Below are positions 1-12,069 of a stretch of DNA of 64,000 bases, in pieces. Origin of the DNA: Curvularia clavata (taxonomy: Eukaryota); NCBI GenBank assembly GCA_023920165.1, contig CP089275.1:4650001-4714000 (forward strand). Reading direction: 5' to 3'. Both the position numbers and the translations under genes were made by a program. How positions within the stretch are numbered: position 1 is the first letter of the stretch; every line of letters starts with the position of its first letter. The notes under the pieces are model-generated. The model made no database searches, was not told where the DNA came from, and saw only the letters and a program-made list of their open reading frames with translations.

Positions 1-1
1 C

Positions 2-391
2 CCACACGACTCGCTCCAACCCCTCTCCACGACAACATCACGCGACACTCCGCCGAACCCGCCGCCACCAACACCTGCATCGCCCACGGGGTTCGAGTAT
101 CCGTACGATAGTCCGAGTAACGTGGCGTATGGCGACGGGGCTCGGAGCAGCGATAGCTCAAGAAGCAGGGGTGGGGGTCCAGATAAACGGCCCGAGAAGA
201 CGACAGCGGTAGCGGGGAGAATGATTGCGGGTGCGCTGGGTGTCAGGGCACCGAGACGGACAGAAGAAGAGAGGGAGTATGACCGTGTGATGAGAGAGAA
301 GGAGAGGAAGAGGAGGGCGGAGGAGAAGGAGAGGGAGAAGAGGGAAATTGAGGAGAAGGAGGCGAGGAAGAGGGCGGTTTGGGAGGATTAG
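2..391 (+). CDS. 3' end of a hypothetical protein (Pro-rich, then PDKRPEKT..RMIAGALG motif and a charged coiled-coil tail); 5' part lies outside the window
   Basis: Frame is open from base 2 to TAG at 389-391, with an E/R/K-rich C-terminus ending AVWED. Confidence 0.7.
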   Translation, partial: PHDSLQPLSTTTSRDTPPNPPPPTPASPTGFEYPYDSPSNVAYGDGARSSDSSRSRGGGPDKRPEKTTAVAGRMIAGALGVRAPRRTEEEREYDRVMREKERKRRAEEKEREKREIEEKEARKRAVWED

Positions 392-1152
392 ATGTGTGCT
401 TTTGTGCTGGGCGTTGAGGGGTACTTGGAGAATGAGGGTAGTGTATGGGGGTATTTGAATTGGGAATAAGCGTATCCTAGGTGGAGAGGGATGGATGAGT
501 GAGGAGAATGGGCCTATGAATTGTATTTGTACATCATGAATTTCCGGGAGACAAGGAAAAGATATAATGGCATACTACCTCCTGAGCGTTTTAGATGATC
601 GGATTTTGTCTATTATTCAATGCGATGGCAAATCAAGACCCAGAATGAAGCATGGTACGTAGTCAAGGCTCAGTGTGAAAATAAGTGTGTAGTGAATTTC
701 AATCCATCTTCCGCGTAGAGCGCATCCATGCATCCCCCCAAACCCTTTCTCTCTCTCCATCCCACCGCTACAAAAAGGGAAGACTACCAAGAACGCTGCC
801 CCGCGCAAAGGAGCGGGATGGGACTTTGGTAGCCTAGGTTACCCCCGTGACGCCAGAATCCGTGATGTTCATATCTCTTCGAGTCCAAAAAAGTTGAAAT
901 TGAAAGAAAAAAAAAGAGAATCGAAAACAAAGCACACCTTCTTCCCGCCACGCCACACCACACTTTTCTTCGCTCAAAGTAGTCATGTCTCGTTGTAGGT
1001 CTCGGCTATTCGCAAAGTCAAGAGGAGGAGAGGGGAAGCGTAGACAAGAGGGTGCCTAGCCCCGCGCCTGTTGTTGGGGTTGCAGGAGTTTGGCAGCCGC
1101 GCTCCCGGGAGGCAAAGCCCAGAACAAAAGCTTGTACCGTCGTTGGCCTAGT

Positions 1153-1537
1153 TCAGCAGCAACCGCCAATCTGCTCCTGGTGTACCTCAAGAGTATCACC
1201 GTCCTGCATATCAAGCTAGGTGACCTTGTTAGCTCATGTCTGCTTCCCATTCTGCACCCCGCGACAAGAAAAGCGTGGGCAGAAAGACAAAACTACGTAC
1301 CGTATCGGGGTTGTCGGTAGCCGTGACTCGCTGGCCGTCGAAAAGAAAACGGACGCTGGAGATATTCTTTCCCTGGCGATCGCAGAAGGCGTTCATGAGC
1401 TTGCCGAGTTGAGTGGTGCGCTTGATCTTGAAGAAGACCTCGTTGTTGTTATCCGTGACCTTGATGTTAAGGTGTTCGCTCTGGCCGCCGTCTTCGGGCT
1501 TCTGCTGCGGCTGGTTGGGGGAACCGTTCTCAGACAT
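1153..1537 (-). CDS. SMT3: SUMO (small ubiquitin-like modifier)
   Basis: Exon 1537-1301 (HLNIKVTDNNNEVFFKIKRTT..RFLFDG), intron 1300-1216 (GTACGT..CTAAC..TAG), exon 1215-1153 LDMQDGDTLEVHQEQIGGCC*. The di-Gly motif is present. Confidence 0.97.
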
Positions 1538-1771
1538 GTTTGCGGTGGCGTGTGTTTGTGTATGTGTGTGGATTTGATATTGCGCGTAGAGTTGGCCACG
1601 GGCTCTGTTCAGCGGGCGTCAGTCGGTGGAGCTGGGAGGTGAAGGAGGAAACGATTTGCCGGGCGGGATGAGGCTGCGCTGTGCGGTGGGTGGAGATAAT
1701 CATACCTTAATACCGGCGGGCAGGTTGGCAAATCACGTCAGGTAATCGAAGGGTTCTGGGCGGCCGGGCAG

Positions 1772-1958
1772 ACGCGTCGAGAGGTTTGTGTCGATGCAGA
1801 CGTGGTGGCAACGCGTGAAAAGAACGCTGGCAAGGGATCAAGGCGCAACGGTGAGGTCAAGGTGCGAGGACTGAGAATTAGTGGGGTCTGTCTCGCTCAC
1901 CAAGATTGGCCGTTCTGGCCCACGGCATCAGCTGTACGGACATACATTAACCGCGAAA
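1772..1958. promoter_or_regulatory. Divergent SUMO/CMC4 promoter with MCB-like (ACGCGT) and SCB-like (CGCGAAA) motifs
   Basis: ACGCGT at 1772-1777 and 1811-1816, and CGCGAAA at 1952-1958. Function is inferred from the yeast consensus only. Confidence 0.3.
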
Positions 1959-2070
1959 CTAGTAGCTGGCCTGGCCTGCTTCTTTTACGTAGTAATTGCT
2001 GCCTAGACAGCACCTATCGTTTTCCAATAGACCAGCCTCGCAGTGTTGGGGTGCTTCGAGCAGGCTCACC

Positions 2071-2534
2071 ATGGTATACTATGATGTCACGCTCGAAAGA
2101 CTGGACAAAAGCACCATACTAATACTGGCGCAGGGAGAAATGGAAAAAGACTTGCAGACAGATCCTCCGTGCCATTCTCGAGCATGTGCGATTCAGAGTA
2201 TGTCGTGTGTCGGACAGTGTCTTTGTAGTAGGCTAATTGGCAGATTGCATACAAAAGAACAACTACAATGAAGAAAAGTGCAGAAAAGAGGTTGGTTTTC
2301 TTCCAAGCAGCATGGCAACGAATCCGGCACGCTGCAGGACAAGAGCTGACCAGCTTCAGGTGGACGCACTGTACGAGTGCTGCAATGCCTTTTACGAACG
2401 GGAGGGCAAGGAGGCAAGCACTGTGAGCTGTCCCAAGTACTCGCTGTTGAAGTATGCCGACCCAGCCCATGCGTTGTGCTGTAGCTAATAGAGGCAGACT
2501 CAAGATGCAGCAGCGCGCCAAAGGCATCTCGTAG
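2071..2534 (+). CDS. CMC4: Twin Cx9C mitochondrial intermembrane-space protein (Cmc4/MTCP1-like)
   Basis: Five exons: 2071-2073, 2134-2197, 2244-2290, 2360-2451, 2498-2534. Spliced product: MGEMEKDLQTDPPCHSRACAIQNCIQKNNYNEEKCRKEVDALYECCNAFY..SCPK..KMQQRAKGIS*. Confidence 0.88.
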
Positions 2535-3015
2535 ACGACATGTATGGACAGCATCATGTATTTTTAGTTGCCTCTGCAGGCCGTCATGGGTTCACAGGGC
2601 ATGTAACAATTCCTCTCTTTTGTCCGCACCATCAAACTCCCGAGGAAGTCCAGGCGGTTTTACCAGGAAATGTGTTTCTCTAACATGGCATGAGCGCGTC
2701 GTAGAACACTGAAGAATTTCCGACGAGACTCTATAGTAGCACATGTATAACATTGTTAGAGAAAAGAAAAGCAGCCCGGCCCATCTCCCACGAGGTTTTT
2801 GTACTTTTGCATTAGCGCGCACCGGCCTTGGCAACACGCTAACCCGCCAGGCACGTCCGGGCGCGACTTCTGTTTTGTGACGGGCTTGGGACGCTCAACC
2901 ACGGCCATCGCACGCCCTCGCACGCCCATTGACGTGTGCTTGACTCTGTCGCCTCACCGTCGCCCCATCTCGCCGTTTCCTAGAATACTCGGCCGTCCTC
3001 TCCTCCATCTCCAAC

Positions 3016-6000
3016 ATGTCTCTACGGCCCTTCTCGCGCCAGTCGCAGCAGTCGGCAGCACAGGTACGTTGTTTAAGAGCTCTAAAGGCAACACACACAA
3101 ACAGCTTCGACAATAGCTCACACCCCGCTCAGTCTCCCCACAACAATGCCCTCTTTCCTAGCGCTTCACGACCCACAAATGCAACCGTCTCCAATGACCC
3201 GCTCCAACCCTTGCGCGCAATGGCCGACCGGGTAGGAAAAGAGGTCGAGAAGTTCGCCGAGCGAGTCGACCACTGGCACACACACGGAAACGATTCTAAA
3301 AAGGCAAAGTACCACACGACGGTCAAGCTGGTTGGCAAGTTCCAGGATGTCGCAGAATCCCACGTCAAGGACCTGAAGCGGGCTACTGAAGCAGAGAACA
3401 AGGGCAATCTCAGCAGGACCGTCCGGCGCCAGATACAGAACATGGCAGATGCACCGGAGAATGCGACCCAGAGTCTCTTTAATCAATCTACCCAATCCTT
3501 CGCTTCGACCATCGACAACAACAACAACACCCCTGTTTCGGCGAACGTCCAAGAGCTTCGAGAATGGCAGGCAGAGCTTGCAACCTGGAAGCTGCTCAAG
3601 CTCGTCATCGAACACTACCACCCTGATCCCGACACCGATGTGGCTGCCGAGAAGAAGGCGCGCTTGGAGACTGTTGGGGGTATGGCACGCTATTGCAAGA
3701 ACAGTGAGATTTGGGACCGGTTCATACTAGAGGATGATCAGGCGAAAGAGAAGGCCATTGTTCTGCGATGGCTGGAGCAGACTGCACGGGACAGTGAGAG
3801 CGATATCAAGGCCATCACCGCAGCGCTCGAGGAGCATTCCGGCAAGGGTGCGCATACATGGACGAGTGGCTGGCTCGACACCAAGGCGAAAATCAAGCAG
3901 GCGAAGCGTATGGAGGGTGCTGACCAGCCTTTGAAGCCCACCACCACCAACATCCAAACCTCAGATAAGACCGCAAACCTCGTTACTCAGCTCGACCCAG
4001 ACGCTCCCTCGAGGCAAAAGCGTGCCCTCGAGAAGAACGACGAGTACTATGAGCGTTCCCTATGGATGGTTGCCTACGAGATGATGCGACGCGGACTACC
4101 ATGGACCACAATTGTCGAGTGGTGCTACGAACGAAATGAATCCTGGCGGGGAGTCAGCATGGGAGGAGCATACGAGAGTCACCCAGAAGGTGGTCCTAAC
4201 GTTGCTGGCCCAACCGTTGGTTATCTGTTCCGCCGCATGTGTTTCTACGCCGCACGGGGAGCACGGATACCCTATGAAGGCGCCGTCTACGGCCTGCTGA
4301 GTGGAGACTTGAAGCAGGTGCAAGCAGTTTGCCGATCCTGGGACGACCATCTCTATGCGCATTACAATGCCCTCCTTCTTTCACGGTTCGATTCATACCT
4401 TCAGAAGAATTATCCTACCAAGGTGACGGAGAGCTTGACCCAAAAGTTTCTGTTCCAGGATGCAGTGGCCAACATCGGAGACTGGGAAGGATCCCCCGAA
4501 AAGGTCATTGGCTTGCTAAAGCAACAGAAGGGCACCGTCAGTCAAGCCGTGTCACCCATTAAACTCATCCAAGGCGCGCTTATTGCCAGAGACGCCGATG
4601 ACCTGATGCTGAAGGTTGGTGTAGCTTTAGCGGACATGTTTGCTCAAGACAAGCGGCCTCACAGCCTCATCATACACCCAGACTCACCAGAAGAAGACCG
4701 ATCGCCTGTACCAGCAGGTGAACACCGAACTTTTGAAGCGGAGCGATACTATCAGAGCCTTGTAAAGGATCCACACGCTTTCCGCATCTTGGTCCACATC
4801 TTCATCGTACTTCGCAATGGGCTTCACACGCTCTTCGAGGACACACATCAAGATAAACAGTTCCTAACTATGGACAACGTCATCGCCGCCTATATTGAGT
4901 TCTTGCGTCTCACCCAGCGTTTCGATGCAATCCCCCTCTATGCGGCGCAATTGATCGAGGAGCGAGCGGCCTATACCCTTGCACGTGTTCTTCCAGACAT
5001 CAAGAACAGCACCGAGCAACGACACTGCGTTGCACTGATGGAGTCGTATCGAATCGATGTTATCCAGGTCGTTGCTCAAAGCTTTACGTTCGCTGCTCGG
5101 GATAGTGGCTTCACCCACTTTAATAGCGAGGGTGTCACTGTCATCACGAAACCCATTAAACGTTTCAATATTCTGGAGAATATCAGCGGACCTCAGGAGC
5201 AGGTATTGTGGCCTGGTGTGCGCATCAAGCGTTTATTCGATGGTGAACAGATTAGCCAACAAGACGAGATCATTGTCGATGCTTTGCAATGGTACAACTA
5301 CATTGGCAAGGATTATGAACACACATTTGAGCATTTGAACAACGCGCTGACCATCTTCCTCCGTATGTATTGTCTACATCTTGCAAATATTTTCTTTGCT
5401 AACATAACTCGTAGTCAACGGTCGCCTTGCTGCTGCTGAGAAGGTTGTTAACGATCTCAGCGTCGAGTCTCTTTCTCTGTCACGAACAGAGGCTCTTATG
5501 GGCTATCCTTTCGACTTGATGACCCCCGGCGCCGAAGAGCAAGATGAGCGCCAACTCCATGAGCATCGAGACAATCTCTCTACCGCTGCACGAGCTGCTG
5601 CCATCCCAATGTCACAATTGCCCAACGCCGACCAGCATAGGGACCTGGTCATGCACCTCCGCCAAGCCAGCTTGCCATACTACAACCTCCAACTAATTGT
5701 TCGTCTGCTCGCCCTCTTCCGCGAATGGCGTGAGGAGGAACAAACACTCATCCAGTCAGTCATCTCTTGTCAACTTCCTTATTTCATGTTAGCTAACAAA
5801 CTATGCAGGATCCGTGCAGATCGCCAGAAAGAGAGCGGCGGCGCAAAGGTGAAACCAGATACGCAAAACACAAAAGCCCTTTTGGACTCCATCTCTACGG
5901 TCTTCGACACACTCCTGCCGTCGGTTTCGACCTCTTCCGTCGTTGACCCAGATTACCTGACAGAGCAAACCTGGGATCTACTCAAGGCATACATTCCCGA

Positions 6001-6283
6001 CATGATTCTTGCCTACCTCTCCGTCCTACAATCGGCCTCGTGGTTCCTGAACAAGGACCCTGCCATCAAGGCCATGGAGGTTGCCGTCGTCATAGCAGAC
6101 AAGAGTAATGAGTGGGTCCAACGTTGTCTGCTGGAAACTGGCAGGATGAGTGAGGTATTGGAGTGCTTGGCCAACGTCTCCAAGTGCATGTTGAAGCTTA
6201 CCGAGGGCGGAAAGGAAAAGGGCAACAAGAAGCGAGGCGGCAAAGGCGAGACGCTCAGGATATGGGACTCAGGGGCTAGATAA
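3016..6283 (+). CDS. NUP84: Nuclear pore protein Nup84/Nup107
   Basis: Long ORF with LVTQLDPDAPSRQ, SWRGVSM and YEGAVYGLLSG..SWDDHLYAHYN motifs. Introns at 3064-3132, 5363-5414 and 5755-5808. Confidence 0.92.
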
Positions 6284-6644
6284 GCAAGAGGCGGAGAAAA
6301 TGACTACTGCATGTGTAATATATATGTATTTTCCGGGGTTTACCTAGGTTGTGCTTTGCATGGAAGTATATTGAGATAGGAAGAACTCATCGATAGAAGA
6401 AGCATACGATATCGTTTTAAGACGGCTAATTTATATTCGAACACTGCATGTATGTATGGTCAAGTAGAACAGACTCTTCTCAGATCATCTCATTGATTAG
6501 TGTGTGCATTAAGGAGAGAAAGCTTAGGTTAAACATCATGTAAACATTCTGATTATTATTAACATGGAAAGAAAAACGATACAAAGTGCCTCTTAAGATA
6601 CACATTGCAGCTCACCACCTTCACCAGTTGGAATACCGAAGTGA

Positions 6645-7830
6645 CTAGTGAAACGCCCTAAGCGTCTGCTCAACCGCAATGCCCAAGCCACCGAATCCCA
6701 GCACAGTCCACAACCACTTATTCTTAAACTCGTCCGCACTTGGCCAAAAAGCATTCTTATCCCGACGGAACTTTTCTAGCTCGCGGAGCTTCTCGGGAGA
6801 CGAGGCCGAGTACCTGCGTTCCTGGTGCTTTTCCTTCTCAGCGTCGCCGCCGAAGAAGCGGAGGAAAGCGTAGTTTGCAGCGGGGCCGAGGAGTTCAATG
6901 GGAGCGAGCATGTCGGAGCCGTAGAGCATGACGATGAAGGAGAGGTGGACGAGCGCGTCGCCGAGGTAGCTGGAACGTTTGTTAGACGGGTTGAGAGGGG
7001 GGAGTATGGAGCAAAAAGGCGACTTACTTGGGGTTACGGACGATGCTCCAGACACCTTCGCGCAAGATACCCTTGTTGCCCTCGGCCTTGTACTGGTCAA
7101 GCTGGTAGTCTGCAAGCGTCTCGAGGGCCAGACCAGACGAAAACAAGCCAACGGCAAGCATCTGGATAAAAGGATGGTAGCCAGTCATGACAGCGCCCTC
7201 GTGGCGGAAAGGAGCGGTAAACGGAAGACTAATGAGCATCTGGAAGAAAGCCTCCGGAATAAAGATCTTGAAAAGCGCACTGTTCCAAAAGCCCTCCTCT
7301 TCCTTGACCTCGACGTAGCGGGGATCGTCTTGGCCTCGCTGAATCGAACGATGAGCAATGCGGTAAAAGAGACGGCCGCCCCAGAGCGTAACTCCCGTAA
7401 GCATACAGCGTTCGTGCCACGAGAGACGGCTGAAGGCTTGTGAGACAGTGTACCCGGCGGCAATGCGGCGTCCGACTGCACTCCACCAGGCGTTGGCGAC
7501 TTGACCACTGGGCCATAGCCAGTCCTTTGCTTCAACGCGGTTCGTGTAACGTGCCGCTCCGTATGCCAGGACCGCCAGGCCGGCGTGAAGAGAAAAGGAA
7601 GGAACAAGCGTATCTTTCAGGATACCGACATCGAAGAGCGAGGCATTGTGAACATGTGTCTTGGAGTGCGTCCTATCAACAACGAGTCTCGGAAGCTCTG
7701 AAGTGTTGATCGCAGGACTCTTGCCAGAGCTGGGCTGGAGGTAAAAGTCATGTGGTCTCTGCTCCGCGACTTGGATGCGAACGTCTGGAGCGCGAGCCGG
7801 CTCGTTTGACGAGAACCAGCCAGACGCCAT
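6645..7830 (-). CDS. DUF1295 / steroid 5-alpha-reductase-like membrane protein
   Basis: DDPRY, LETLADYQL and GVWSIVRNPNYLGD motifs; intron 7027-6970; ATG at 7830. Confidence 0.85.
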
Positions 7831-8330
7831 GATTGCTGAGAAAAAGGGAACAGATACAATCAGAGTGTCATGAGGGATATGTCGCGCGACTCCCGTTCGA
7901 AACCAAGCAGCTTTATCCTGTCCTTGATGGAGCTTTCCCCGCATTCAAGACGGGAACAGGCGCGTCCGACGTTGGGCGCTCATTCGTCCGGGTGTCAATA
8001 AAAAAACCCATCGTTTCATTCTCTGCGTTCTCCACTATGATCCAATCATGTTGCAAACATATATGCAGCCAATTTCCCAACGCTGGTGCGCGTCCGTGGT
8101 CCCGTTCGTGTTGAGCAGATATGGCGTGAAAGCTGTCAGTGATGTCACTGCTGGCCCGAGTGGAAAGGTGGGGGCTGGTACGTACCCAAGTACGATGACG
8201 GCAGGTGCAACCGAATGTACCCCTCTTGCCGAGGCTTGCCATGGCTTCATGTTAGCCATGTTGATACAAATTATTCATCCAAGTAATTCTTGAATTATAC
8301 TTTGGGTCGAGAGCGTTGAATTTTCTTATC

Positions 8331-8864
8331 ATGACTTCCAACAAACCCCAGGCGTTCAACCCTCCTTCTGTGCCAGAGCCACCGCCAACCTACTGCCAGG
8401 TTTGCGTTACTCCTATTGTTTCATCGTCTTCTTTGGTTACGCTGGCTGGCCAGACAGGCCTTCAGAAAGACGGAAGCGTACCTTCTGGGATTAAGGCACA
8501 AGCAAAGGCTGCCTATGAGAGCATCCACAAGTGTTTGGAGGCTGCCGGTGCAACACCACGAGACATTGTATGCCCTTGTCTACTTTGATAAGATCTGGAT
8601 AGAATGACCATGCTTCGCCGACATATTACTGACTGTATTTTCCAAATCCAGATCCAAGTTCGGCACTACATTGTCAAAGAGACGGGCGACAAAGAGCAAG
8701 ACGCAAAGGACGTTGTAGACCGAGGCTGGGGAGAGGAATGGATAGAATTTATGGACCGGAACGCTGATGGACACCGACCACCGGATACGGTTGTTGGCGT
8801 TGCAAGTCTGGCGAAGAAACAGTTGTTGTATGAGTGTGAAGTCACGGCGCTGATTAGCCGTTGA
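8331..8864 (+). CDS. Rid/YjgF/UK114 (L-PSP) family protein
   Basis: PTYCQV..LAGQTG..Q...AY..I..CL.AAGA..DI..YECEVTA pattern; intron 8568-8651. Confidence 0.85.
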
Positions 8865-9354
8865 GTATGTCCATGCAAACGAGAAGAATATGAATTGGAG
8901 GTGCGGTTATTCCGTCTGTCTGTTATCAACTCCACTTGTTAAGCAGAAAATCTCAAAAACGAGTTGTGAGGGTAATGTGTAGCACGAAGAGGAGGAAATG
9001 GAGACGACACCTGTACATTTAAAACTATCTCGGCCTCAGCAATGGTATCATAGTAGCGGCAGAACCTGAGTTTATAATGAAGTTCGGTAGGCAAGAAAAA
9101 AAGATAGAATTCCTCGTACAACTAGGGTAAGGAGATATCTACATGGATCGTGACTCGCGTTATCCTACGGAAGAGGCGGCTAGCAGGCATTACGAGGAGG
9201 GGTGTTTGCGTCGGCTCGACCTTCCCGTTCAAGCATAGAACGCATGTTATCACCATTGGCTACGTGCCGCATAGCACAACAAATACATATATGTACTTAT
9301 CAGCTACATAGCACTCTGTCCTGTACCGAAATTCTATCTGAAAACATATCCACC

Positions 9355-11289
9355 ATGGCAATTCGCTCGCTGCTGTCCCTTTCACCGCTCCTCTCACTTG
9401 CGAACACAAGGGAAATCACGTTTCCGCCCGTTTCGGGATACTCATCTCAGCAGATTATTCCTCAAGGACGTTTCGATGAAGATGTCACGCAAGCTAAATT
9501 TGAGGGGCTCATGACATATGCTCATCTGCCGTATGTGCATTGTCTGGCCCCAGAAGGACAGGATGTGGAGCCATTTGACATTGCCATATTGGGCGCGCCA
9601 TTTGATACCGTAAGTTATGTACCATGCGGGCACAAACATGGCGTAGAGCAATATGAAGAGGATTCGTTTTTGCGGTAAATACTCATTGACAGTAGGGTGT
9701 AACCGCACGTCCTGGAGCGCGCTTTGGGCCCGGTGGCATTCGAGCCGGATCACGTCGAATCGGTGCGGATGCCGCGTGGAGCATTTATACTGGTAAGTGC
9801 ACATACATGCTATGAAAGCTTTTTAGGTGCTACTGTGGCTTCTGCAGGCACGAATCTTCTATGCAAGAGCCTTGATATGTGAAGGTGTTACCCAATGGCT
9901 GTTATCACATACTAAAGCCACCGTGAGTAACGGTCGCAAAAGGTTACACTGGGAATAGTGTTTTTGTGGCATCTAGTGGTTTGAAACACCACTTTTTACT
10001 CGGCTCCATTATTCCCAGCTTTGAGCATGTTTTTCGTCTTTCTAGAGCCTTCCAAAGTCTGATAAGGAACTGAAATTGATCCTGTGCAGGAGAAAATGTG
10101 TTCCTCGATTGGGCCAAGATAGTCGACTGTGGTGACGCCCCGTTGACTTTTCTGGTAACATCACCTGTGCCTTGTCCGAGGAGAGCTTGACTAAAAATAT
10201 GTCAGGACAACACCGTCGCCCTCAGGCAGCTCGATAAAGCTCACGAGGTTCGTCGCAAATCCGTAGCCACGACGACAAGAATTTCCTGACTTCCCAAGAT
10301 CATTTCTTCCAGAGACGCCAAGTCCAGCGAACGTGGTGCGCCCAAGATCATCACTCTAGGTGGCGATCACACTACCACACTACCTGCACTACGATCAGCC
10401 TATCACCACTGGGGCCAAGTGAGTGTGATACATTTTGATAGTCACATAGGCAAGCTCCACGAATCCTTCCAATCAACCATTACTAACCTCTAGACAGATA
10501 CTTGGGATCCAAAAGTGTTAGGTAAGTCTGCTTTTGCCATGTGTGACGACGTGCTAATGTGCCACAGGTGGCGGAATCTCTCACTACGCGTGAGTCTAGC
10601 AACGATCCTACTCTGTACGCGTATCGCTAACCATAGGTAAAGTGGCGTAAATCATGGAACTTTCTTGCACATCGCACATGAAGAGGGATTGATTCGAAAT
10701 ACATCGATTCACTCAGGCATCAGAGCTCCGGTAGTGCGACCAAAAGGTGACGTACGCAATGATATTAGGTGTGGTTTTGAAATGGTCAAAGCTAGGGATA
10801 TCGATCGCATCGGTGTATCGGGTATCATTGAAAAGTTGAAGTCGAGAGTTGCGGGTAGTAAAGTATATATCAGTGTTGATATTGATGTGCTTGATCCAGC
10901 ATTTGCACCTGGTAGGTCCTCACACGGAATCACTACCGTGCGACACTTGAACTTCCTGTCAGGAGCAGTGCTATCTTTAGCCGTCTAGTGTCTGAACGGT
11001 GTGACTGACGTAGAGCCTAGGTACGGGAACCGCCGAGGTTGGCGGCTGGAGCACACGAGAGCTGCTATCGATCTTAGATGGCCTAGATGGGTTGGATGTT
11101 ATTGGTGCTGATGTTGGTATGTATACTCCTAGATCAATGTCCCTCTATTTGAGAGGATAGAATGCTAATTTAGTAATTGTTACAGTTGAAGTTGCTCCTA
11201 TATACGACAACCCGGGCGAGCCCACGGTGCTAGCAGCTGCAGAGGTCGTCCATTCTCTCATCGGGCTGATGGTGAAGTCGCCGGCTTGA
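9355..11289 (+). CDS. Agmatinase/guanidinobutyrase-like ureohydrolase (arginase family) with an N-terminal signal peptide; 10 exons
   Basis: [49 protein letters not shown] and DVVEVAP motifs. Introns 9610-9695, 9793-10089, 10155-10205, 10248-10298, 10450-10497 (GC donor), 10522-10567, 10590-10642, 10912-11020, 11117-11185. Confidence 0.92.
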
Positions 11290-11495
11290 GAGGCAGAGGG
11301 TGGTGCTTTGGGGTATTGGGTACACAAAGATTAACGTAGTATGAGCGAAACTGCCGCCATCCTTCGTGACTGCTCGGCATTTGTGGGAAAAAATAAACAA
11401 AAGTCCAACCATCGTGTAATCCGATGATACTTAAATTCAGAAGGTGTTCTTCCAGTCAATACAATGCGTATCTACTCCTTTATAAGGAAGAACAT

Positions 11496-12069
11496 CTAGA
11501 GGTTGGGGTTTTCTGATGCTAAGCGCCCCACAATGTTGTAGCGCTTGCTGAAAAATGTATGCCAATCATTTAAGACTTGTTTCTCCTTGTCGGACAGCCC
11601 GGAGTAGTCCGATACGCAGTCCTCTGGCTTCAAAGACGACATACCAAGAGCACGGTTGGGCTCCTTACCCGCAAACACTGGTATCTTAGTTAGCTGTGCT
11701 CAATAGCACACTTATGATCTCAGGGTCAACAAACCATGATAACCTTTTCCAGGGGCGTATGTCTCCTTGCCGCTTACATCAAAAACGTCACCCTATACAC
11801 CAATTAGCTTGACCGCACGTGCCTTTGAATGCGCCCGCATAGGAGTCCCGTCATTACCTTGATAGCTACTAGAGTCGGGTAGCCTTCGTTGGTGCCTACA
11901 ATATGTGTCAGAAGCCCGTCATTCATGTATTATACAGCAGTCTTTAGAAAGGCTTACCGTCACACTTTGCCAGGTACTCCCGTTCGATGATGTCATCTTT
12001 CGGTGGGTTCAATGTGACGGGCTCCTTGGGAGCAAATCTCTCCTTCTTTGGTTCGGTAGCGTCAGACAT
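11496..12069 (-). CDS. Cytochrome b5-like heme/steroid-binding protein (MAPR/Dap1-like family)
   Basis: Four exons splice to ..LAKCDGTNEGYPTLVAIKGDVFDVSGKETYAPGKGYHVFAGKEPNRALG..W..FF.KRYNIVGRL. Confidence 0.9.

Noticed and set aside
9793..10089. TPP riboswitch or canonical snoRNA in the agmatinase intron
   Set aside because: No CTGAGA TPP core, no clear C box (RTGATGA) and no well-placed H/ACA boxes. An Rfam scan is still needed.
8862..11496. Stop-codon read-through giving cryptic peroxisomal signals
   Set aside because: The stops checked (Rid, agmatinase, b5-like) lack the TGA-CTA context, and the extensions I translated (Rid, b5-like) do not end in an SKL-like tripeptide.
6645..12069. 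Secondary-metabolite or catabolic gene cluster
   Set aside because: No backbone enzyme or cluster regulator, and the functions do not form an evident pathway.
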